Below, piece by piece: positions 39,784 to 51,500 of a stretch of 64,000 nucleotides of DNA (position 1 is its first letter; every line of letters starts with the position of its first letter). The notes below the pieces were generated by a model. It saw only the letters and a program-made list of their open reading frames with translations, ran no database searches and had not been told where the DNA came from. The translations under genes were made by a program, and so were the position numbers. Source of the stretch: Eledone cirrhosa (taxonomy: Eukaryota); contig OZ024741.1 in assembly GCA_964016885.1 (NCBI GenBank), positions 182,776,001 through 182,840,000 of the forward strand. Reading direction: 5' to 3'.

Positions 39784-42468
39784 CCTCTCTCTTCCTGCTA
39801 TTCCAAGTGTTAACCTAATATACTGTACTGATTGTGTTGTTATTTCTGTTTACCTTTTACATTATATACATATATAAACAGATTTATTCATATTCTTACA
39901 AAATAACCATAATGTTTCAGTAAAGCATGTGTCCGCTAGGCTTCTCTGGTAATGTTTAGTGTTGAAACATTATGGCCATATTGTAAGAACCCTTAGTTGT
40001 GAGATACAGATTAGAGAGATGCTGTATTGGAAAAAAAACTACCAATATATGTGTGTGTGTCTGTGTATAAATATATATGCATGTATATAAATATATATAC
40101 AAACCATACTGAAACTGAAATACATGTGCGCTAGGCACATACCCACTCCTGACATATCACAGTATGGCTTCCCAGGAGCTTACTACCACTTATTCTTTGA
40201 TAGTAATGTGTCAATTTATGAATATGATAAGAGGAAAACAACCCACTCTTTCAGTGAATTTCTAACACCTTTCTGTTCTGTTTTATGGGTGTCATGTATA
40301 GGAAATGAAACTATAGCATCTGTAATTCTAAGTGCGACTATGTCATTTCAATGTGAGATTAATGATTTCAAAATGAAACTTTGCCATTTGAGAGTAAGAA
40401 TAGTGATTTCATAGTGAGATTAACACCAAAAATATTTTTTAATAAAAAATATGGAACAGACATCCATTGGTTTCGACAATGAGTGTTCCAGTTGTTCAAT
40501 CAATAGGACAGCCTGCTTGTGAAATTAACATATGACATGGTGTAAGCTAGATACTCAATGGAGGAAAGGAAATGTTTAAAAAATTGTAGGTTGAAGAAGC
40601 AGCAAGTGCATTTGGAGATATGGGGAGGGGGCATTGTGCCAGGGTAACAGGAAGTTTTTGTTGTTGATATCTAGGAGAGAGAAAGGAATTGACATATGTG
40701 CAGACAACATTTCATGTGATGCCTGAGTATAGAGTATAACCAGGACAGCAGAGATGTAGTATAAAATATGGGTGATTGACTTGTGTCACATAGAGGAACA
40801 GGATGTGTGGTTTGTGTTGTAAGAGGTGATGTGAGATATATAGATGAGATCAGTTTACAAGGGCTACCTTGCAGTGCACCCTTAATTTTTGATTGAATTG
40901 TAGGGGAGCTAAAGAGATATATGACATGCTTTGGGCATTTAAATCAGAGCCAATCCCTCTCCAGGTTTGAATACAGCTGATATTTTTAAGAGGGAGGATA
41001 GAAAGTGCGAGAAACGAAAAATCCACCCCAGTACTGAACTACTCTTTTATTTATCAACCCCGAAAGGATGAAAGGCAAAGATAACCTCATTGAGATTTAA
41101 ACTCTGAGAGCAAGGAGGCAGAGAGAATACCACAAAGCATGCTACTAATGAATCTGTCAATTCATTGTCTTTGTGGATTCTACAAAAGTGGAGTACAGCT
41201 GTTTTAGTTTTTAAGGGTGTCAGTATATTATAAGGTCACAACAACTTCCTCCCAAAAGTCTAGTCTAAAAGCTCACAACACTGAAGAGTTTAATTATGAG
41301 ACTGTTGAAATTTCATTTTCATATTTTACAAAATTTCTCCAAATCAAAGAAACCATTATCAACAAAAATAATAATGATGATGATGTTGTTTCACTTACCC
41401 TCTTTAACATAAACGTTTTTGTCTTTAGATGGATCTTGGGAGTATTTCTTCTCAACAATTGCATTAATGTCAGAGTTAGCATCTTCAATCAGAAGAGAAA
41501 TAAAGTTGCGAACGTTAGCCTGTCTCTCGTCAAGTTCATTTTCAGGTTGCTTTCTATATGTAGATGGCTGCAAATAGAAATTACATTATCATGATGATTT
41601 CTCACACAACTTCAGTAATCAATTAAATTGATTTCAGTATTTAACTGGTACTTATTTTATTGACTCAGGAAGTATCTCAACAATGAGAGTTGTTTGGTTA
41701 AGAGAATAACCTACCCCATCAAATTAAGGTGTAATGGCTGTGTATTCCATAGACACAAACCCATAACCCTTTAGCATTCACATTACTCTATTTTTATTAT
41801 TGTATTTTCGTATTTATCTCACATAATATTGAATCTATGAGATTCTGATGTTATTTATTTTGAGAACAACACCTTACCATTAGTATAAGGGGCTGGTTAA
41901 AGTTAGTTTGAACAGAAAGAGGTGAGAGAATTTTGGCCGGTTTAAATGCTAAAGGGTTACGGTAATTCTCAGGAAGATTCACCATGACACAAAATGTGAC
42001 AAGGCTTTGGCCCTTTGAATTACAGGTACAGTTCATTCAACAGTCTTTCAAACAATTTCCATTTACTCAATATCATTCATAACACTTGGGTTGACCTGAG
42101 ACTATGGTAAACGATACTCATCCAAGATACCATGCATTAAGGCTGAACCCATAATCTCATGATTGTGAAGCAAACTTCTTAATCATTAGGTGTACATGTA
42201 AGAGAGAGAGAGAGGGTGATGCATCAAACGAATTCACATTGTGCAAATTTGACTGGCTATCTATTTCAGTCTAGCTTTTATAAACATACTGACTGATATC
42301 AATTCTCTTTGTAAACAGAAGTGTGAAGTTACTTGTCTTCTGATGAATGACTGACTAGTTGTTAAATGTGTAAACACAATACCTTGTGTGTTTTCTGTCT
42401 ATGAAGAGAATAATATTTTCACAAAAAAAGCTTACAATGTAAAATCTGTAGTTATATATCTAAATTAA

Positions 42469-42519
<51 letters not shown>

Positions 42520-45500
42520 TTAATTCTAAAAATAATTCTTTCAGTTGTTTCATAGGCACTTTAACGTAATCATCATTCATAATCAGTGTGGTAGTATGTA
42601 AGAATTACATGTACGAATCATCTTATGAGCTTCTACACAGTTTCCATCAATGCAATGTCAATTACAAATCTTAACTCAATCCAAAGTTATGCTGAAGTGC
42701 TACAAAGTAGAATCAAGTCTGGGAGCTCTTGATTCCGAAGAGAATTTTTCAACTATTCAGCCATGTCTTCACCCAACAATACTACACTACTGTTGTTGTT
42801 GGATTGTCATCATTTCCAATGCAGAGTGTTCCAGTTGTTCAAACAACACAATAGCCTGCTTGTGATAGTGATTCATATGTACCTGAGCATTCCCCAAACA
42901 TGTACCCTTAAGATAATTCTCAGAAAGATTCAGCATGACACAATGTGTGACAAGGATGGCCCTTTGAATTATAGATACATCTCATTTTTGCCAGCTAGCA
43001 AATTGGAGCAACATAAAATAAAGTATCTTGCTTAAAGACACAACATGCTGCTAGAAATGGAACTCATAACATTACAATCATGAGCAGCACAATTGATCCA
43101 TTAAGCCATGCACCTTCACATTACGCTACTACAACACACACAAACACAGAGATACATTATAAAAAAACATGGTTGCTTACCTGTAGGTTCTTGTATATCT
43201 GGCATGCTTTCAACAACGGAGTAAATCCATCATGATCCACCATTTTCGCAAGCTGTTTGAGAGTACTGTCAGACGAAACATTTGAACCATCAACCTCCAT
43301 GTTTGTTTCTGATGATGTTTTGTTCTGTAATGACAATAAACAAACTATAATATTCATGTCTCAATAGTAATCAAACTTTTAGCAAGATCTCTTACCAACA
43401 TACAAACTAAATATCAAACAATTGATAGGTTTTGTACTTTGCATTGTACTGAAACTTCTCTGTTGTGTGAGAAGTGCCCTGTAGTGTTACTTTCTGTAGG
43501 TAGAATCTATATATAAATTTCTGCAATTTTGTCACAACACATAAAAAGAGAGTAGTCTGACTAGCTCATACTATTCCTCTCTCTTTACATCTCCTGCTAG
43601 CATAAATCTATGTGAGTGTGTATTTTTGTAAGTGTGTCTGTGTTTGCACGTTTATATTTATATACCCATACATATAAATATATGCATATACACATACATA
43701 CAAACAAGCACATATACACATATGCATCAACGTAAGGAAAAAGTTCTAGTATATGTATAATTCCAGGGTTTTAGATTATATGTATTTTTCTACATTAGGC
43801 TGGAATATGGAGCATAATTTACCAAAATTTCTTAAAAATATATATGATAGGAGGTTTAACACTTTAAAACAAAAAGTTTTGTATTGTACAACCAAGGATG
43901 GTTTCACACAGTTTGCTATTAAAAGGGTTAATCATTCCCAAGGCACCACCACCATCATCCTGAAATGCCCTTATAATGTTTAGGAAACCATATTCAGCAA
44001 TGGCCCACATAATGTGTACCCTTGTTCACCCACTTGACCCCAGAACTTTTCACGGAAGAATCTGAATTTTCCAGAGTGGAAACATAAAAACTTGGTAAAT
44101 CTCACCTCTTTCTGTTCAAACCGGCTATTGATACTGATGTTAAGATATTATTCTCAACATAAATAATATCAAAATCTCATAGATTTGATATTGTGAGGTA
44201 ATGTCTTTACCATGAAAATATGATAATAAATATAAAGTAATGTAAATGCTAAAGGGTTAATGTAGCTTGAGGCTTCGCACCTATGAGTGTAGACGGTCTG
44301 CTCCTTTTTTAAATTTAAATCTTTGTTTTACTTATTGTGTACTTCACTATAATCCTTTACTCATTATATCTATTTGTATGTTGCAAATAATATATTTTAA
44401 CTCCTTACATTGATTCTATAACATCTGTTAACCACACTCGTTTCTTATATGACTTTATTATCACTCCACGTCTTTGTTAAGTCACATTTCTTGTTTTGTA
44501 TGTATGAATAATAACACTGATATTGCCTTTAGTGGAAATTATTATTATTATTGTTAGTATTGCAGTGTCACTGAAGACTGAGTATTTGGATCACTGTGTC
44601 TCGGTCCTGACTGAATCCACTCTATGACTTTTAACCTTATCGTGAGATGAAGTGGCAGAGGAGGATCAAATGATTGTTTCTACTTTTGGCACAAGGCCAG
44701 CAATTACCCAGTGCATTACTGGTACTTTATTTTATCGACCACATAAGGATGAAAGGCAAAGTTAACCTCGGCGGGATTTGAACTCAGAATGGCAAGAGCC
44801 GTAACTCTATGCGTCAAAGCATGGCGTCCGATCCTCTACCGATACTGCCAATCCACTAATGAAGAACAAAAAGACTAAGGTTTTGTAACTTACCAATTCA
44901 ATAACATCTTTCAACAGGGAAATCATATCTGATTGACTACACAGTTCTGCCATCATGTGTAGAATATTCTTGCCACACTTATTTTTGTCTAATGTAATTT
45001 TACCTTTCCTCTGAAGTAATTTCTTTGCCAGAGGAATATTGTTCTGAAAAAAAGGAAAAAAATAAAGCTGTCAATAAAATCAACCATCTGCAATTAGATA
45101 TCTTCTACTGGCTTCAGTCACTGCACAGCAGTCAGACTAGAATACTGCTGAGTAAAATCTATTTAGCCTGGTTCTCATTTTGTCACTTTCTATTTATCAA
45201 ATGCCTTAGTATTTACCTTGAAGAACACCCCTTTTTTATGGAAGCAAATATCACAAGGAATTTATGTTGATATACACAAATGCAGGTACAAACACATATA
45301 GATCATCACCATAGCTACAACAGTAGCATCACAATCAATCTCATTATCTTTGTTATCGTCGTCATCACCATGTACTATAATCTAATACAGTGTGGGTGTT
45401 AGTTGAAAGACAGAATATTAGATAGAATGAAACTTCAAACACCAACTCATCTATTTGTTGGTTTAATAATACGTACCTTTTCAATAGCAAGCATGAGAGG

Positions 45501-48500
45501 TGTTATGCCATCAACTGAACGCGCTGCTGGATCACAGTTATTGTCGATGAGAAAATCAGCAACTTCAACACTAACTGCCATGCATGCTTTAGCATCCTGC
45601 AAGAAGAGAATAACCGAAGGTAATTCATTAGTTAAAAATAAAACAAATCATAGAATGTTCTTTAGAAAACCTAAATATTTATTGCTGTAATAGGTGATAA
45701 TATATTTTAACTGGTTTCAGTCACTCAGTTGTGCCATGTTGTCAAGATTACAAAACTAATATTATGTTATATTGATCTCTGTATTGATCCAGATCATAGG
45801 CCCACAACTCTTGTTGGAGTCTTAGAAGTACCATCATAATACATGATTTCTCTGTCTCTGTCTCTCTGTGATCTGACCCAACTTTCATATTTTGGTAAAA
45901 AATTAAAAAATTTTTTTTTCATTATTGATAAAATATCTTCCATATACAAAAAAAAAAAAAAAAATAATAATAAACAGAAAAAATTATAATTCAAAACTAT
46001 TTATAGCTACATTAAATCTAAGCTCTGTTGCCCATAAAATATTCTTCATTCATAGCCACAAGCTGAACAATATATGTCAGCAATAAAACTATTTATTATT
46101 TAATTAGTTTCATTGCCAACATTAACTTTATCATGGTAGTTTTTAAGATGCTCAACTGGATACTCAAGGGACTCTCAAGTAAACAACATGAATAAAAACT
46201 GTTTTTTTTTTTTTTTTTATTGAATATTCTTTTTTTATTGCAGTTGGGATATGTTGGGTGAAGAGTGATAGAAATAACACTAATAATTGTTTCTACTTTT
46301 GGCACAAGGCCAGAAATTACCCAGTGTATTACTGGTACTTTATTTTATCGACCCCGTAAGGATGAAAGGCAAAGTTAACCTCGGCGGGATTTGAACTCAG
46401 AATGGCAAGGGCCGTAACTCTTTGCATCAAAGCATGTCGTCCGAACCCTCTACCGCTACTGCCAATCCACATTGTTAAAAGAATGAAAGTGTTTTCTCAT
46501 AAAAGATGGAAATAAAACAGCAACTGGATTTATATACCTTCCCTGATCTGACGCTGCTATTCATTGCAATATGATGAAGCTGAAATGAGATAGAAGAAAG
46601 AAGATTATTTAAAAGTACTTTTTTTTTATGTGAATTATTATCATCATCATCATCATTTTACGTCTGCTTTTCCCTGCTTGCAAGGGTGGGACAGGTCTTA
46701 TTCAGCACAGCATCTCTCCACATGTCACGGTCCTTTGTTATTTCCACTGTGAGCTTCAGCGATCTCAGGTCTGTTCTCACCACCTCTGCCCATGTTTTTC
46801 GTGGTCTACCTCTACCACGTCTTCCTTCAACTGGCATTTCCTGGAACTTCTTCACCCATCGGTCATTCTCCATGCGCATCACATGTCCATACCACCTCAG
46901 TCTCCTCTCCCGTACACTACATTCTATCCCTCTCAGACACAGTTTCTCTCTCAACACATTCATGCTGGGTCGTTCACGCACATTGACATTGCACATCCAA
47001 CGGAGCATGCTTGCCTCATTTCTCTCCAGCCGTCGCATATCCTCTGCAGTTGCTGCCCATGTCTCACTACCATGCAGCATCGCGCTCCTCACACAGGCAT
47101 CATATAACCGGCCTTTCATACGAAGCGAGAAACCATTCTTCCTCAGCAGAGGAAGCAGCTCCCTAAACTTCTTCCAACCCGTCCTTATTCTAGATACTAT
47201 GGCCTCGGAACACCCTCCTCCCATGCTAATCTGATCTCCTAGGTACCGGAAGCTATCCACCACTTCTATAGCACCCGCCTGCATTTGAAAAATGTGTCTA
47301 TCAATGCGACTTCTACTGTCTGTCTAATTTCCCTGTACATCTACTGCATACGTATTTCTCCCTACCTGTTAATTTGCCTGCTATCTCACCTACATCTCTT
47401 GTGTACCCAGGATCTGCATTGTGTACATTTTATAGAATTTATGCCAGTTCCTTTTCTGCATATCGAACATGGCCATTTCCCTGACGGAATCAGAGTTTTA
47501 TCCTCTTTTCTACTCATCAACACTTTTGTCTTAGCTAGGTTCACTCTCATTCCTCTTGCTTCCAACTGCTGTTTCCATAGCCAGAATTTATTCTCTAGCT
47601 CCTCTACTGATTCTGCTATAAGAACCAGATCGTCAGCATAGAGAAGTACCCATGGACAGCCAGTCTTAAACTCCTCTGTTATGGCTTGGAGGACTATAAT
47701 GAACAAGAGCGGGCTGAGGACCGAACCTTGATGTACTCCTACTTGTATCTGGAATTCCTCACTAAACTCCATTTCTACCCTGACTTTACTGACAGCACCT
47801 CTGTACAAAGTTTGCACTGTCCTCACAAGTCATTCCTCAACACCTAGTTTCCTTAGGGACCACCAGATGACAGATCGGGGTACCCTATCAAAGGCCTTCT
47901 CTAGGTCAACAAAGGCTAAGTATAGTGACTTATTCTTCTCTAAGAACCTCTCTTGTAATTGTCTCACCAAGAACAGGGCAGGGCATCTGTTGTACTTTTG
48001 CCAGGCACAAAACCAAACTGCATCTCATCTAGTTTGACCCTTTCTCTAATTGGTTGTGCTAATATCCTTTCAGCCACTTTCATAACATGATCCATCAGTT
48101 TTATACCTCTATAATTGCTTCTCTCCAGAGCATCCCCCTTTATCTTTGTAGCAATTTATGAGAATACTGCTGCACCAGTCTTTGGGTATGACACCACCAT
48201 ATATAGCCTGATTGATGATGCATGCAAGTAGTATAGTGCCTACTTCTGATGCCTTCAGCATCTCAGCAACTATCCCCGATGGTCCAGCGGCCTTACCATT
48301 TTTCATTTCCTTAATTGCCTCTTGGACCCTATATTCGTCAATCTCAATAGTTGGTCCCTCTGTCGGATCTACTGAGGGAAATTTCTCTCTCTCCCATTCG
48401 TTCTCCATATTCATCAGTCTCTCATAATGACATTTCCAGGCCTCCTTTTTCTGATCATTCGTGACACTAAGTACACCGGCATCATTCCGGACACATTTAT

Positions 48501-51500
48501 CTCCAACAACATCCTGATTTGCATTGACACACTGCCTTGCAATGTGGAACACTGCACGCCTCTGATCTTCCCATCGCAGAACATTGGCAAACCTCCTACT
48601 CTCAGCCTCCCTGTGTGCTAAGTACACCTGACGTCTAGCTTCTCACTTAGCGGCTGTATATCCTTCTCTACTCCCACCCTTTTTCCAAGCTAGTCTTTTG
48701 TCTCTAATGGCCTTATCTACTGTGCTGTTCTTTTTCGTCATACACATCTTCAAGGCTTTCCTAAATTTGTATTTTAGTGAAAGGTCTTTTAGCTTCCAGA
48801 CCTTTCTTCTTCACACCTTCCTGTATGTCTCATTCCATCTCTTGCTTACTGAGATATCACTAACGACTAACCATTCTTCCCCAGGGTATGCTTTGGTATT
48901 TGACACCATCTGCCTGTCCCGCTGCCTAACTAGTAAGAAGTCAATCTGGCTTATGTGCTCACCTGATTTGTAGGTTATTAGGTGGTTGGCAGGTTTCTGG
49001 AAGTTAGTGTTGCAAATAGTCAGTGTACTTGCATCACAAAATTCAAGAAGTCTCACTCCTTCATTTCTTGAGCCGTAACCGTGCCCACCATGTACCCCAG
49101 TGTAACCATCCTGGAGCTGTCCAACATGACAATTGAAGTCCCCTGCTAGCATAACGATGTCTCTGTCCTCTGTCATTGCAGTTGTTTGTAAAAGTTGCTC
49201 GTAAAAGCAGTCTTTCTCTTCTTTGCTTAGGCCTGCTTGGGGAGCATAGGCAGAGATGATTGCCAGTAGTCTCCTGCCTACAACTAATCTAAGCTTAATT
49301 ATTCGATTATTAACTCGAACTACCTCTATTGTCTTATTGATCCATCTCTCAGCCAGGAAAATGCCTACTCCCCCTAACCCATCATCCTTACCTACCCAGA
49401 AAAGCTTATAGCTAAGATGTTTGCCTGCGACTAGTCTCGCAGAGGCACCTCTCCATCTCACCTCTTGCACGCAGCACACATCCACATGCCTTCTCTCCAG
49501 CATCTCCATTATTTCAGCAGATCTACCTGTGATATTGCCAACATTAAGTGTTGCAACTCTGAGATGCGACGTCTTCATGTTTTTTTTTGTTGTTCCTATA
49601 TACTTGTTGCTGTGCTTATAATTATTTTGGCATTGATACACTGGTTGGATGCCCTTCCTAACACCAGTGCCACTTTACAGCATGGACTGGGTGCTTTTAT
49701 TCGTGCCACCACCACTAGAGAAGATGTCTTGCTGGACTCATGGGCCCTCTCTACCCCTCCATTTTACAGCATGGTCATAAAAAAAAAAACCATCACTTAT
49801 TGACACTCACGGCACACACACACACACACTCACTCACTCACACACTAAACATTCATGCATACAAACACACACGCCACTCACACACACACATACATACATA
49901 TATTACCGTCAGTATTGATACAAAATCATGTCAACTGTTGACTTTTCCAGTTCAGTTTTTATATAATAATAATAATTGGTTGCTTTACAGCATAGAGCAA
50001 TGGCTCTCCACTCTCTGGGCCCAAAAACAAGGCACCAGCAATGCGCTGGGACAATTGCTGCCCCATGCCAAGAACAGAATAGTTATTTAGTATTATAATT
50101 GTTTTCTTCTTCTTAAGGCCTGATCGCTGGTGATGGTGGTGGTGGTGGTGGATGCTGTCAGTGATGGTGGTGGATGGTGTCAGTGATGGCAGTTGTCATT
50201 GTTGTTGATGCTGCTGCTGCTGCTGCCATTGTTGTTGTTCATTTCACTGATGCTGCTGCCGACAATGGTGGTGGTGTTGTTGTTGTTGTTGTAGTCGCTG
50301 GGTTGAAATTTTGAAATTCGGTCGCTTCGCGTGTGTGATATATATACATACGCATTGGTACCATCAATGTAGGCTCAATGAAAGGAAGAGCAGGAGAAAT
50401 CGTAGAAATGCTAGAGCGAAAGGAAGTTGATGTATGCTGTGTGCAAGAGACTAGATGGAGAGGAGGGTCTGCTAGAGTCCTTGTAGGAAAAAGCCAGTGC
50501 TACAAATTTTTCTGGGTGGGAAATGACGATGGGATGGGTGGTGTAGGTATACTATTAGCTGACAAGTGGGTAGATAAAGTAATCTCAGTGTACAGGGTAA
50601 ATGCAAGAATCATTAAACTCAGACTAGTCCTGAATAAGACAATTACCACAATAATATCAGCTTACGCACCCCAATCGGGGCTGCCAGACGAACTTAAGGA
50701 TAGGTTTTACGAGTCCCTAATACACACTACTGCTCTAACAGACGACAAGGACTTCCTAATCATTGCAGGAGATTTTAACGGACACGTAGGTAAACACTAC
50801 GACAGCTTCAATAGAGTACATGGAGGCCATGGAGTTGGCACAAGGAATGAGGAAGGATTCAGACTTCTAGAATTCTGCGACGCCAATGACATGTTGATAT
50901 GTAACACAAACTTTAAAAAACCCGACAACCACCTGATCACCTATAGATCAGGGGAGCACTCTAGTCAGTTAGATTTTATCCTCATCAGAGGACGTGACAG
51001 ATGGACGGTCGAAAACACAAAAGCCTTCCCTAGTGAGGAATGTACATCCCAACATAGCTTAGTTGTCAGCGACCTCACGGTCAGAACTAGACGAGCCCTG
51101 AAACAGAGGCCAACCTGGAGAAGAAAGATCTGGAAGCTGAAAGTCCCCTCAACCAGTAACAGATTTAAAGATATTTTACTCAACGCCTACGACAGTAAAG
51201 AAGAACAGATAGAGACATTTAACGTAGAAGAGAACTGGGAGTTCCTAAAAAATAACTTACAAGAGGCGACGGATGAGGTTTGTGGCTGGAGTAAGACCTC
51301 AAGCAGGAGGAGAGTGACTTGGTGGTGGAACAATAAGGTAGATGAAGCAGTCAAGGCCAAGAGACAGGCATGGAAAGAATGGAAGAACGGGGGGAGCAGG
51401 GTACATTACATAGAGACCAAGAGGGAAGCTAGGCGACAAGTATACTTAGCTAGGAGGGAAGCAGAGGATAGAAAATTCAAGCATGTTTTACAACGTGAGG

